Assembly: GCF_009914755.1 (NCBI RefSeq)
Contig: NC_060938.1
Origin: the human T2T-CHM13v2.0 reference genome, Homo sapiens
Strand: one strand, 5' to 3'
DNA: 64,000 nucleotides
The translations under genes were made by a program, and so were the position numbers. The notes under the pieces are model-generated. The model was not told the origin of the DNA. It was given only the letters and a program-made list of their open reading frames with translations, and did not search any database. Shown here piece after piece: positions 1 to 15,165 of this stretch. Numbering within the stretch: the stretch's first letter is position 1; every line of letters begins with the position of its first letter.

Positions 1-1392
<1,392 letters not shown>

Positions 1393-2440
1393 TAAGACCA
1401 TTTATTGGAAGCCAATTGTTTTTATAAAATAATGACCCTATGAAACTGGTCAGAGGGAAATAATTTATACATACTAATGAAAATCAAACTCCTCATACTA
1501 ATGTAAATCAAACTATACAGACACAATAGGAAATATAGAAATGTAAGTTTAAACAAATATTTATCTATTGACTCATAGTCCATCAACATAGTCTTTTGTT
1601 TCAGGCATGATTGGTAGAGGCATAGCTGTCTGCCACAATGTCAGCATCATCAGTTTAGGAAGCTATCACCCTCCCCCAACATCCTATTTTTCTCTTATAA
1701 TTTCTTATGATTCCTTCATCCACCCATTCCTAAACCAATCATCAACTCCCAGTTATCACTGTGTATGGAGTAGTACTTCTTTTTAACCTCCTACCCAATA
1801 TGTAAAAAGTAATATTTCATTTTACTTATCTAAATTTACCTGACATCCAAGGTAGAAAGGACAAGTAATTTCATTATTTTGGAATTTGAAACCAACTCTC
1901 CATGTTTATCTTCTTTGTGTCTTTCACAATTTTATAACTTTATAGCTTTTTTCCCTTTAACTTTTTTTATCTTTCCCGGAAAAAAAAAAAAAGACATTTT
2001 TTTGCCTGTATAGAAGCCATTCCATTTTCTTGACCATATGTTGCATTTCTCTGGATGTCCTCCAGCTCCAATTTGCCTTCCCAGCAAAGATGTGTTTTTT
2101 AAAAAGCAGTTGAATTACCACATGCTTTATTATTTTTCCTACATCATCAAGCACCAGTTTGTTGTGCTAACAGCTGTTAGTAAAGCCAAAAGTTAGTTAA
2201 GTAAGTAAATATTTTAGTTTCAGAATAGAAATGTTGACAGAGACATAAATTACTAATTTGCCAATCCTTCTGGGACACACACACACACATATAGCTAATT
2301 TTGTACACACCCACCCACTTTCAGAATTACCCATAGCAGCCAGTCAATGATTAATAAATTGGTAAATTATGAGTGTATTGACACACATATGTATACAAAC
2401 ACCCAATAAGACAAGAAAGTGTGCAAGTAAATTACAGGTG

Positions 2441-2810
2441 TGATATGGTATGGCTCTGTGTCCCCACCCAAATATCATCTCGAATTGTAATCCCCACGTA
2501 TCAGGGGGAGGGATCTGGTGGGAGGTGATTGGATCATGGGGGTGGTTCCTCCATGCTGTTCTTATGATAGTGAGTGAGTTCCCATGAGATGTGATGGTTT
2601 AAAGTGTTTGACAGTTCCTCTCTCTCTCTTGTCTCTCTCTCTCTCTCACCTGCTGCCATGTAAGATGTGCCTGCTTCCCCTTATGCCATGATTGTAAGTT
2701 TCCTGAGGCCTCCCAAAGCCATGCAGAATTGTGTCAATTAAACCTCTTTTCTTTGTAAATTTCCCAGTCTTGGGTATTTCTTTATAGCAGTGTGAAAACG
2801 GACTAATACA
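2441..2810 (+). mobile_element. THE1 (THE1D-like) MaLR solo LTR
   Basis: TGATATGG...GGACTAATACA termini; perfect 5-bp TSD AGGTG (2436-2440, 2811-2815). Confidence 0.92.
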
Positions 2811-5049
2811 AGGTGCCCACAATACTAGCTCTTTAAGCTAGAGAAAGCTCCCAAATGTCACCTGAACAGACCCATTTTCCTAAATTTGGCAACATGTGAA
2901 ATATCCAAATCAAACTCTTGTCTTTCTTGTAAACTCAAAATTATTTATTAGGTATTGACTGAGGCCAACACTGTGTCAGGCATCAGAGGTAGAAAGATTC
3001 CAGCTATAAATTTAGGGAGACACTTGGGTTGCTGAGACACTGGGTTATGGAGAGAATTAACAGGGTAATAACTGTGATCTGCTTAGAAGAGGGCCAGGCA
3101 CATAGTGTTATTGTTATTTCAAAGGGTCTGCTTTTTAACTTTTGTGTTTTGTAATCAGAAGAAAATAGAGTATTTAGAAATACCTAATGAGAAGGACAAC
3201 ACTAGAGGTATGGATAAAGTACTGTGGGTGCATCAAGGAAGGAACCACTGGGCCTGCCTGTGGGAGCCGGGAACAGTGTCAGAATGAAGATTAATTTGAG
3301 CCTCGAAAGATAGAGAAGGTAGAGGAACAGCAAATACTATCTAGACCCATTCTTGCTTCATTTTGAGGCAATTTCCTCTTGTTCAGGATTTTGGAGAGAG
3401 AGAAAACCCTGATAAGAGATGCCCTGATAATAACCCATCTTTTTTGAGGGATGGTAAATCACCCATAATAAAACTTTCAAACCATAACCTGTCCAGTTCC
3501 CTTTCTCTTTCCTTGGGGGATTTATTTTCATGTTTTTTTTTCCCCTTTGTTTGGGGAAGAGGAAGACAGGAGGAGCCTTAGCAAAATGATCAAAATAATC
3601 ACAGTGTGTCTTTGCCCAGTGCCCCTCGCCCCCACTCCCACCTCCAGGGGATTTCAGTGGGTGGGTTCTCCCTGTGCTCACTGAACCTGGGCTCCCATTT
3701 TTCAGTGAAAAAGGAACCTGTGAGCTCATTCTCACTGGGCTGTCCCAGGCTTACCATGCAGGGTCTGCATCCTAAAATGCAAGCTTTCTGGGAATGATGT
3801 CTTAATGCAGAGGTTCCTAGACCAGTAGAATTCCCCCCAGTTTTGGTAACCTCTGACAAAGTGATACCTTTTTATTTTGCTAAGTGAGAACATTAAAAAG
3901 AAAATGCATTCCCACCTAATATTACCCATGCTTTCTAAAAGAAAGCATATTTTAACAATAATAAAATAGTGGGAAAGGATTTCAAATACAGTTTTTAAAA
4001 TGGAATATAATTGGTTTATGAAAAATCTACTACCTTTATTCAGCTGCTGACCTGTGATGGTCTGCATTAACTCAAAGGGATGCATACCTAATGGTCGCAA
4101 GTCAGACACCAGCAGGGACGGAGTGGGAACAAATTGAGGAAGAAGAAACAAATAGTCTTGGTTTTCTGTGTGTCCTTGGCATGGACGGGGTGCTGCCTCC
4201 AAGATCTCTGCATGCTCTGTAGCTCAGCTTTGTCAGCCTCCAGCATGTAACCGTTGTCAGAACTGGGCCTTGGTCTCCAGGATGGACAGCCCAAACCATC
4301 CGAGTCAGGAATTGACCTGTATGAATCTTTTGTCTCCTTAATTTGCTATCCTCATGGTTTCAAAACATGAAGTCAAAACACATGCTTGACCACAGCCCAA
4401 GCCTTAAAGAGCACATTAGTCCTGGTGCCTATTTAGGTTTAGAAACTTAATGCATCAGGTGAGGCTAATGTGCTTCAAATATTAGACTCTCAAGCAAGTG
4501 CTTTTCTCAAGGAAACTGTCCCCTTTGAGGTACCTGGCATTTCAAGCCAACTTGGGACACATCAAGTGTCAATAAAGTTTGATACATCATAGCAGCCATC
4601 CCAGCCTTCTATCAAAAGGGTCATAGTGCTACTAGCATTAGGAAATGAAATATGCAAAACCTGCATTTCTATTTTTGGTCATGCTCTGCAGCGTGCTTCC
4701 TAGAATAAATTGCCACTGCACAGCAGGATTCAAGGAAACAGTGCTGACAGCCTCACTCTCCTTGCATTGTGATGCACAGAGATCAGCAGGCTGCCGATTT
4801 GTGTCCTGAATGAAAAATGGATTCCAGGTAGAAGAACTGTGGCTCCTGACCATTTCCTGGATCTCGCTCAAGAGAATGTACACAAGTATTTATTTATAGC
4901 TGCTCAACTCCTTTTCAGACACACTCTAAATTTATTATTCCTGAAATCGAATGAGTTGTAATCACTGATTATGGAAACATTGAGCAATTTCAAGGCAGGC
5001 TGGGGAGGAAACTTTTGTCATCAGACTCTCCTGCATTACATCCTGCCTG

Positions 5050-5185
5050 GCAGTGACTTAACAATTTCATTGTCTGTATTTTCACACTTGTGAAATGGGG
5101 AAATACCACTTGTATTGCAGAATTATTATGAAGATTGGAAAGAATAACCAAACAGTGCAGGACACAGAGTAGGCCCTCAAGAAAT
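5050..5185 (+). mobile_element. MIR fragment
   Basis: Degenerate MIR core (gtgactt...tgtgaaatgggg...attatgaagatt). Confidence 0.55.
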
Positions 5186-7042
5186 AGTTTTGGTTTTCAT
5201 TGTTAAGACTTGTTTAGGGAAGGGAAGTGAGCTCCTTTAGCAGTTCAAGGTTTCCCTCCCGCTCTGGGACAGGGTGGTAGAGGTATGAGAGTAGAGACTG
5301 CTGAGAGAATATGGTCTCTTTCATTGTGCTCTGTTTTCTCCTTTTGGCCTCATGGGGAGGCATGGACGGGTGTCATCAAAGGGTGACTTGAGGAAGTAGG
5401 AGAGCAAATGGCTTCTCCCTGGTTCTCAGAAGTCTAGGTCCCTCACCTGGCTCTTATCCACAATGCCTGTGCTGTTGGTAATAGTTCACGTGCACATGTC
5501 TCCTTCCAGTTAGGTTGAAAAAAATCCTGCTGGCTCGCACTCCAACATGGGCTGCTTTGTATGTCTCCCTGGCAAGGCACACAGCAAATATTGGTTGTTG
5601 CCTTTGGAGGCCAGGTTAGCACAAAGCAAATAGGGCTTGGGTGGGCTCAGGGACAACTAAAGGGGTTGGATGACTAACTCCCTTTTCTGTGACCATCCCT
5701 GCCTCTTGTTTACTCCACTGAAAAAGGGCGTAGGGAGGTCAGTTGCCGCTGCTGATCTGCACAAAGGTCAAAGGCAGAGCCACCGAAAGTAGTCTGCTCC
5801 TGTTTTTGAAGGTTTCTTCTGTGGGTAATATTGCACTTTGTAAACACTTGGTACTCAATAAATTCCAGCACACATATGGAAGCAATGGTGCCAACTAGCT
5901 GGATTGAAAGTACTCGATACCCAGTGTCCAGAGCATTGGCTAATGGAGAGGAAGAGGTTCCCTCCACTTCTGACTATGGGTGTGCGGCACAAGCCCCTGG
6001 CGGGCCTCACACCCGCTACTTAGCACCTGTCAATCTCCTGTCCTCTGTGAAAGAGCCTGCATTTCTCCCTGTTGGGCCCGCCACTTCTCCAGGATTTTTT
6101 CAGTGCTGTCTGTCCAAGTCTTTCTTCTGCTGGAAGTGTGGGAATGGGAAGTCAGCTCTAGCCATGGCTACAAATAATTCACCTTTCCAGCAGCCTGCGG
6201 GTTTTCTTCTTACCGGTACAACAGTGAGTCTCATTCTCAGAATCTCTGAGGCCTGGCCAGTGAGGCCCCTATTCTTCTTCCCCTGGCAGAGGCCAGCTCT
6301 GATGGTGTCCCCACCCAAAGGGCAGACACCCATGTGATTTCAGTGGTTCGGAGGAATAGGAACGGAATGGAAGGGTGAGGTCTTTTCTGCTGAAGCTCAA
6401 AGCACTGTGGATACAGGCCCATATGCGTAGCCTGAATCAGGGGCACTGAGTTCACTCTGCTCAGTTTGCTTATATGTTAGTTTATGGCAGCTGTGGTTGC
6501 AAATAGGATCAAATTGTGCAGTTTTTAATTCCGTGTAATGCTGCTGTGAAAATGGACTTAACTGCTTTTCAGTACAGTCATTATGACTCTCTTAACTTCC
6601 CTTACTCATGAAACCTAGCATGAGTCATGGCTGGAGAATCTCACTCCACCCCACGGCCCCCACTGTCCCGAGAAGCAGAAAGGCTGGGTTCCTGGGGTTT
6701 TTCTTCCTGGCAGTAAACCCCCTCCTCCCTGCAGGACTGTTATAACTGATCCACAGTTAGAACATCAGGGAGCCCATAACCACGCAGGGCGGGGGTTTCT
6801 CCTTACCAGCTTGCTCCCCATGCAGCAGGGAAGCGGGTGTCTGCTGCAAATCTCCCCGTGTGGGGGGATGGGAAGAACAATGAGGCTGAACAGACACAAA
6901 GGGAGCTGTCCTGTGCCCAGACAGCCCCAGTGACATCTTCAGGCCCAGCCAGGATCCTCCCTTCCCAAAATGGAGCCTGTTTGCTCCCAGTATTAGTAGG
7001 GCTCTTTCGATTGCAAAGGACAAAAACTCCTCACTTAGGCTG

Positions 7043-7410
7043 CTATATTCGTTTGCTAGGGCTGTCTTAACAAAGTCCCACAGACTGGATGGCTCAAATA
7101 TGGATTGTCTCACAGTTCTGGAGACTGGAAGGCCAAGATCAAGTTGTCTGCAGGGTTGATTCCTTCTGAGGCCTCTCTCCTCAGCTTGCAGAAGACTGTC
7201 TTCTCTGCAAATGCATGTGGTCCTCCATCTGCATATGTCTATGTCTTCCTCTTTTAAAAGGACACACTCCTGTTGGATTAGGCTCCACCCTCGTGACCTC
7301 ATTTAACCGTAATTGCCTCTTTAAAGACCCTATCTCCACTTAAGGTCACATTCTGAGGGACTGGGGGTTAGGACTTCAACATGCCAGTTTTCTGGTGGGA
7401 GGACAAAATT
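7043..7410 (-). mobile_element. MLT1 (MLT1A/B/C-type) MaLR LTR
   Basis: ctcacagttctggagactggaag...ggtcacattctgagg...ggttaggacttcaacat motifs. Confidence 0.8.
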
Positions 7411-7898
7411 ACTTGGCTTCCCAGAGCAAAAGCCTGTTTAAGGATGTTGATGGCCTGGAGCTGAGCAAGGCCAATGTGGGGCAGCCCCAGACAGCTTTCC
7501 ACTTCTGTCTCCACAGCCTTTCCATTCCCTCTGGTTGAAGTCAGGTGTTTCTGTTATATGCACTCCTAACACCCCTCTGTTTTCCACATGGATTTACCAC
7601 CTCTGTATTTAAATAATGTGTTGTGAAGTCATTTGGTTAATGTCCATCTTCCTGGTTAGATGGAAGCATCAGGGCCGCTAGACGAGTCACCGTCTTCTTT
7701 GCAGCAACCCTAGTACTTGGCCCAGGCTGGGCACATAAAAGATGCTCAATTCATAGTTGCTGAATTGAAAGTCCTTTGCTCTTGGTGCTTCTGCTCCTCT
7801 GCCTCCTTACTGGCCAGTCAACCCCACAGTAGCCTTGATCCACTTGGCCAGCATTTCAGACAGTCACATTCCATTATTTCACTTCATATAATTTATAC

Positions 7899-8389
7899 TA
7901 CAGGGGAGATGATATTTCTTTTACACCCATCACTAGGTTCATGGCCAAAGCCCCTATAACAAACGACAGATTAACAAGAGAAAAGCAGACAAATGTATTC
8001 AATGTAAATTTTATGTGACACAGGAGCTTTCAGAAATAAAGAGCCAAAGAAACAGGGAAACCTGTGTATTTTTATGCTTAGGTTTGATGAAGTGTGGATG
8101 GTCATGAAGAAGTATGACTGGAGGACAAAAAGTTTTGATCTAATGGGAATCAACAGGGAAGGGGGACTTGGCAAGGCCCATTTGCTCATATTCTCTGTGT
8201 CCCAGTGTCTTCAGAGATAAGGACATTCATTTCCTCTGGATATAGGGAAGGCATCTTTCAAACGGTGGTCTTATGACCTTCTTCAAGGGAGAGAGATGGG
8301 AGAAAGTCTGACGGTGACTTTCCTGCTTCTGCTGTTTCCTCAAATACCAAGGTGCCGTACTTTCGTGTAGTGTGTCCTGACCCCCATCA
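7899..8389 (-). mobile_element. MER31-like ERV1 solo LTR
   Basis: Minus strand starts TGATGGGGGTCAGGACACACTAC...GGCACCTTGGTATTTGAGG; about 490 bp; near 4-bp TSD (atac/gtac). Confidence 0.7.
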
Positions 8390-8720
8390 GTACTGTAGTG
8401 TACTTAATATTCTCCTTTACAAATAATTCATGCTTTTACTTAAATAACAGATTTCAGAAGGAAATATTGTATCATAGGTTTGACATCCTGCTTATATTTA
8501 AAAATTAAAAGTTGTTAAAACAATCACATAGCTATTAAAATACATGTTTGTGTAACTGTTAAAGTTATCTCCTCAGCTGCTTGTGGGCTGCCTGTCCTCA
8601 ACAGGTCCTGGAGGGAGTTAGTCTACCTGGCTTAGCTAATGATCTCTCAGGTGGCATTGAATAGAATGCTCTTAGCTGCAAGTAATGGGAATCCCACTGA
8701 TGCGGACTTAAAGAATTAGA

Positions 8721-8790
8721 ACTTTGGGAGGCTGAGGCAGGTGGATCAGCCTGGGCAACATGGTGAAACCCCATCTCTACCAAAAAAAAT
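8721..8790 (+). mobile_element. Internally deleted Alu left-arm fragment, followed by AT-rich low-complexity sequence to about 8900
   Basis: ctttgggaggctgaggcaggtggatca joined directly to gcctgggcaacatggtgaaacccc. Confidence 0.8.
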
Positions 8791-9170
8791 ATATATATAT
8801 ATGTTATATATTATATTTTATACTTAGTGTATTATATCTAATTATATGTAATATATAATTATATTAATATAAATAATTTAATATTTAGCCTATTATATAT
8901 ACAATTAGAACATTGATTGTCTCACAGAACTGAAATATTGGAATAATGTGGTTTGAGGGCTGGTTGTTTTAGAGGCTATATTATCTCATCAAAGACTGAC
9001 ATTCTTTCTCCGTCTCAGTCCTGCGAGCATCAGGTTTGGCTTCATCTTCTGGGTAGTAGCAAGATGGCAGTAGCAGCAGTCATAGGCATCATATTGAGAC
9101 ACATTGTTCAGAGGAAGAAGACGGATTGTCATTCTGCTTTCAAAAAGCACCCAGCAGACTTCCCTATACA

Positions 9171-9477
9171 TTTTTTTAAGTATTTATTTATTTATAGAGA
9201 CAAGGTCTTGCTCCATCACCCAGGCCAGAGTGCAGTAGTGCGATCATAGCACACTGCAGCCTTGAACTCTAGGACACAAGCAATCCTCCCCCCTCAGTCT
9301 CCTCAGTAGATAGTCCTATAGGTATGCACCACCACACCTGGCTTATTTTTTTATTTTTTATAGAGATGGGATCTTGCTCTGTTGTCCAGACTGGTCTTGA
9401 ACTCCTGGCCTCAAGCAATTCTCCCACTTGGCCTCCCAAAATGTTGGGAATACAGGCATGAGCCACTGCACCTGGAC
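9171..9477 (-). mobile_element. Alu (AluJ)
   Basis: Reverse Alu dimer with J-type positions; degenerate TSD tccct(a/g)ta(c/a)att. Confidence 0.9.
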
Positions 9478-10434
9478 TCCCTGTAAATTTCTTTGGCCAG
9501 AATTGGGTCACACACTCACTCCTGAATTGGAAAGGGAAATGAAGTGACTATGCAGGTCCTCTGGGGTGAAAACCATGCTGGAGTGGAGGCTGCGATGCCC
9601 ACCACACACATCAGTGGCCAGCCTATGGATAGATTGCAGTTAAGACAGGTGCCCTCTGCTGGTGCATACAGGGGTTATCCCCAGCCCCAAACCCGCTGAG
9701 GCCAAAGGCCAACTTTGACCTGGCATGGCAGGTGCCAGGACTGACACATCTGTGCTCTCCTCAGGCAACAATTTCTGTGGCCCTCAAGCTATGCCTGGCC
9801 TCAGACTGAAGCATCAGCTTCCAAAATGATGCATTGTTCTCCCTGACTCCCGCACGCTCTGGCTCACAGAGGACCTGAGCAAGCAGAGCCGGCACCCCAC
9901 CCCGGTGTTGGCCCCTGAATCGGGGAAGGGAGACTCTGCCTGAGTCTGCTTTTGATGGGGCTTCGCCAGCCCCGCAGGGCTCATTTTCTCTGTCTCCTGC
10001 TAAATTCCCTGGCTGCTCCTCCGCTGTCAGGTTGCCAAGCCCCGAGTGTCTCCTGGCTCGTCTGCAGCAGGAAATGGGCCTGACAATTGCTCTTCCAGAG
10101 CCAGTGATTTTTCAATATGTAGTTGCATGGATCCCACCCACGCTTCATCTCCAAAACCCCCACTTGTGTTCAGCTCTGATTTACTAAGCACGTACTACAA
10201 GCCTGGCTCTGTACTCAGCACTGCAGGTCGGGGAAGCAGGCAGGGCACAGAGGAGGCATCTGATGTGTTCTCTGCTCTCGGCCTCATACTCCAGCCATAG
10301 TTGATGGCCACACACTTGGAAGTGAGCTTCCTAGCCAAGGTGGCCCTGGCGGACTACGGGGCACACAAGTGGTCCAGATTAAAAAACAATACTGTGTGGG
10401 TTCAGAGAAGGGCAAGGTTGACACAGGCAGTACG

Positions 10435-10825
10435 TGTGCTGATTATTCTGTCTGCCCCCTACTCACCCCTGTGTCCACTTTTCCCTGCCATGTGTCCTGG
10501 ATGCAATGGCTGCAGGCTGCAGCAACAGGCCCTTTGCCCCAGCTTCCAGTGGCCTTGCTGGTGGAGCAGTGGGCAGGAGGTCACAGAGCAGAGGAAAAGT
10601 GAGGCCGGGGTTTATTTTCCCTGCTTCCTCCCTGTTTTGCTGTGATTCTGGCACTGGCAGGTTCCTCCAGAGCTACAGCTCTGGCAGGACTAGGGGAGCT
10701 TGATGGCTTCCTGCTGTTGCTGGTCCCCATTTCCCTACTGGGTTCCCTGAGCCTCCCCACTCTGGAAGCAGCCCCTTTTTTCTTCAGAGTTGTCTTGAGG
10801 TTGTTTGCATGATGACTGGCAGACA
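10435..10825. mobile_element. LTR33-like ERVL LTR (ancient)
   Basis: gggcaggaggtcacag...gtgaggccggggtttattttccctgcttcctccctg; resembles the copy at about 56.7-57.1 kb. Confidence 0.5.
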
Positions 10826-11227
10826 ATGTTTAGGAAGTACTTCCTGCAGGAGCAGCACCCGCATCTGGGCTCCTGAGATGAGCTGAAGCTGGATAAGCAG
10901 AGAAGAGGAAAAAGGGCTTTGTAGGGGCAGCACAGCCCCAGCAATGTTCACGAAGAGATGAAGTGAGCACTGGGAGACACTGCCTAGGCAGGGAGGGAAG
11001 GTGGAAAACAAGGCGGAGGCTCCCCGTGGAAGCCCTTGACTGCCAGTCCAGGGAACTTGGCCTTTGTCCCATAGGCTACATGGAGCTGCTGGAAGAGTTG
11101 CTTGGTGCTAATAAAGCGAAAGTTTTGACTTTGTTATTAATGGCTTTGTTTTGGTTTTTATTTCTACTTTTTCCTTGTTATTGATTTTATTATCATCATT
11201 AATAACTACTATGTATTTAATCCTTAC

Positions 11228-11614
11228 TGTTATGGGTTGAATTGGGCCCCCTTTCATTCGTATGTTGAAGTCCTAACCCCCAGTCCCTCAGAGTGTGACC
11301 TTAACTGGAGACAGGGTCTTTGAAGAGTTAAAATGAGAATGGGCCCTAATCCAATATGACTGGCGTCCTCACAAGAGGGAGAAATTTGGACATGGAGACA
11401 CACATAGAGAGAAGATGATGCAAAGGGAGAGGAAGACGGCCACATCCACAAGCAAAGGAGAGAGGCCAGGAAGAGATCCTGCCCTCACAGCCCTCGGAAG
11501 GAAACAACCCCCCAGCAGCTTGATTTTGGACTCCTAGCCTCCAGAACCATGAGACAGTAAGTTTCTGCTGTTTAAGTCTGTGGCTTCTTATGGTATTCCG
11601 AGGAAACTGACACA
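11228..11614 (+). mobile_element. MLT1B-like MaLR LTR
   Basis: TGTTATGGGTTGAATT...gttgaagtcctaacccc...ggactcctagcctccagaac...GGAAACTGACACA. Confidence 0.85.
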
Positions 11615-11769
11615 TTCATCGTGGAACCGTCCTGTGCTGAGCAGTACATCATCAGACGTGTTCTCACTGCAGCTGCAACTTGTGGGCAAAACCTCTGGCC
11701 TATCTGTGTCCCAGCACACTCTCATTCTGGCCATGGCACCTAGCACTCCGACACTTTCCCTTGGTTATT

Positions 11770-11860
11770 AACATATTTGTTTACTGAGCGCCTATCATGT
11801 GCCAAGCACCATTCTGTGTTCTGGGGAAACAGACAAAAACTCTTGCCATCTTGGAGCTGA
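11770..11860 (-). mobile_element. L2 3' fragment
   Basis: tttactgagcgcctatcatgtgccaagcaccattct...ggagctga. Confidence 0.6.
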
Positions 11861-13959
11861 TTTTTGATGATTCTGTATTTATTTCCTGCCTGCCTCCACC
11901 AGAGGAAGAACCACTCGTGAGGGGGGCTGTGTCTGTTGCACTTACCACGGTGGAACACCTGTGGAAAGCATGCTAAGGAAACTAAGAGTAAAACCTTGAC
12001 TCCCCTTGCCCATTTTGGATTCAGTCACGTCTGAAGACCTTACTCACTTAAAAGACCCCTGGGCCTGTTGATGAGGGCAGCTGCGTTCCCAAGTAATAGT
12101 TGGTCCAAGGCCCTCTGGCCATGGTGTGAGGAACAGGGCTTGGTGGCCTCGGGGGAAGAAGGCAGCTGGTGTGTGGTGTGGTGGACTGCTGTCACTACCC
12201 TCCTTGCTCAATTTGCAGCCCTGAAATTTGAGCTTTCAACTGCACTGTCTGCTGGAGGCAGGAAGGAAAGGAAAGATGTTACCAGCTTTCTGGAGGCCCA
12301 AGTTGTGGGACATAGAAAGCAGGTTCTAGAGGCTGAGAGAATCCTTCCACCCCATTTTCTGAGAATTCTCACAGACATTATTTCCCCATGCTATCCTCTC
12401 TTGTTCCTCCCAAAGTCCTAAGACCCTTCCTGCCAGCCCCCTTCTCTGCCTCATCTACTCTCTGTGTGGCCTGACAGTGCAGCTCCATTTTCAGGTCTCA
12501 TGCCTTCTTTTGAGCCCTGTGATCCTAAGCCTGGTCACCTTGACAGTGTAATTATACCTGAGTTACTCTGAACCCTGCCAGATGTGGGATTTCTCAGCCC
12601 ACAACAACCAGGGGTGAAGAGAGCTGATGCTCACATAAGTTAGCGGGGACACCAGCTTCAGGGTGATGTGCTCTCTTCCCACACCCACATGCCAGACCCT
12701 GAAATTTGGACAGCCAGCCCTGCTGACCAGGGATCAAACACAAGCCCTCAGCAAGCTCGATGCTAGCTGTGGGTATCTTTCTCTGCCATGAAAAACCATG
12801 TCCCAGTAAAACCATGGTCCCATGTAAAAGTCATGTCCCTTCTGGCCAAGTATGAAAGTCTGTGAATGATTCATACACTAAGATTTTTTTAACTAGAGTG
12901 GATTCTAAGATACCCCATAATAATGCCTGTCACACTCACTTTTATTCCGATTTGCTTTCCTGGGTGGGAAAGAAAAAGAGTAGGAGGCAGCTGTAGGTGG
13001 GGAATTGTGCACAAGAGTGGGCTAGTCCACAGAAGTATGCCACTCTTATGACCATCGTCATCTTGTGTGTTGTGGCAGAAAACATTGAGAACCAAACCTC
13101 TTTCAGGTTGTTAAGAGATGGACTTCTGGAAGATCCGTTAACATAGTGCTTTGGAAACCAGCTTGGAAAATGTGACACGTTGTCACTTTGATCTGCTAAG
13201 CAGCTTACAAACATCCTCCCGCTCCTTCCCTCCACTCTCTCCAACTTCGCTTCAGCCCCACCATCTGAATTTTCCAAGTGAGATCACAGACCCAGAGTGG
13301 GTTGGCTTCAGACTCTAGGAGAGTGTCAAGGGCAGATGTGAGATTTGGGGACAGAAACCATCAGTCCTCCAAAAAGTCTCCCATGTCCCTTGATCTTTAG
13401 CAATATCAAAACCCAGCCCATCATATGGCAACTAACTCCTCAATTACTCAGAGCTCCAACATTGTCTGTGGGAGCAATTATAGAAAGTGTGGTGCGGGAA
13501 AGACTCAGAAGCCTCCTGGCTGGTGGGGACGTGGTCTTTCCCTGGGCTGAACTCCTGCCCCTCTAAGAATGTAGATGAACTCAGGCCACTTTGCCAGAAT
13601 AAAAATAGGCCCCAGGGGCCAGGGGCCAGGGACCAGAGCTGCTTCCCTGGCGGTTTCGAATGTGCACTGTGAAATGAAAAGCCCAACTCAGGCTCAGTCT
13701 CTTTTCTAGGAAGTATCAGCAACCCCTTCTAATTCTCTGTACTGCAACTTTTGTTGCCATGTCTGAGAGTAAAATCTTAGGTTGCCCAACCTTCCCCCAG
13801 TGAAGCAGGAAGTCTTTGGGGGACACATCAGGATTTATTTGCTAAGGCCCCCAAATGTGTGAGCTTAGGCCCCCATCCCTGTGCCTGGTAGCCGTGGAGT
13901 TAACGGTCCCATTTTTATTTGTGTCTCTGCTGCCTGTCATGCAAGAGGCATGATGAATG

Positions 13960-14130
13960 CCCTGGACCTCCCGTGGTGGGCGGAGGCGGTGGGAAGCGGG
14001 GGTGAAGGATGAACTGAAGCGGGAAAGAAACGCAGGGCAGGTTCGTAAATAAACAAGGGTTGAGTCGGAAGACCCGGGGCCTCGCTCCTGCCGCGGCTTT
14101 CCGGGCTTCGACGAGGGGAGCTCCTGAGGC
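13960..14130. promoter_or_regulatory. Small CpG-rich non-repeat patch, candidate enhancer or promoter
   Basis: Local CpG enrichment, GC box GGGCGG, forkhead-like GTAAATAAACA, ETS-like CGGAAG/TTCCGG. Confidence 0.35.
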
Positions 14131-14876
14131 TCCCTCTGGAGCAGGCTGGGGGAGGCAGTCATTGTTTTTGGATTTCACTAAGATGAACGCCAGATGATTT
14201 TCCAAGGGCTGATTTCACAGCACATTTGCCCCATCTGAGCAATCACTCTCCGCAACAGTTGGATTTCCATTTGGCGTTTACCTCGTGTGCCCGGAATCAG
14301 GACTGTCTGCCTCCTTGGGGTCGAATCGTTTTATTTTCTTTGGGGCTTGGCCAAACCCTTTCCGTTGGCCTTGGTTCCATCTAGCCATTTCTGTTTGTGT
14401 GCAGACAAGACCAGACCAGGTTCACAGAGGTTTCCAGAGTGCAGTGACAGTGCCCAATCCTGGAAGAATATAAAACCTGGGGAGAGAATCCACCAAACTG
14501 TTTTAATTTCAGAGACAGGTACTTAGCTACAATGGAGGATGAAAGCCAGACCCATAGTCAACTGGGTAAGTGCTATCTTCTCTGCCAGGGCACTTCCCGA
14601 GTGGCGAGGCCGGGCCTCCGGTGGGTGTATAAAGGCCCCTGTGAGGAGGAACAGGTTGACAGGTAGTCTTGCACACAGCAAAGGGAAGCCTAGAGAGTTG
14701 CAAGGGGGCAAGGTTGCAGTGCAGTGGGGATGGGGGCCTTGGTGCAGCCCCATTGAGCTGCTGCTTTGGTGACAGAGTGCCTAAGACAAAGAATCGGCAG
14801 ACTTTGCAATCAGAAGCTCTGTGTCATTGTCCAGTGAGTTGCACCAGAGTCTCATGGTGTTTATTTCTATTTTCTA

Positions 14877-15165
<289 letters not shown>

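Larger units (their letters stand above)
8660..9555 (-). mobile_element. Ancient MLT1 (K/L-type) LTR, interrupted by two Alu insertions
   Basis: gctgcaagtaa..., agcaagatggc, cccagcagacttcc and ttggccagaattgggtcac motifs flank the Alus. Confidence 0.5.

Noticed and set aside
5710-6455. Overlapping ORFs (168 aa on +, 85 aa on -)
   Set aside because: No recognisable homology or consistent exon structure.
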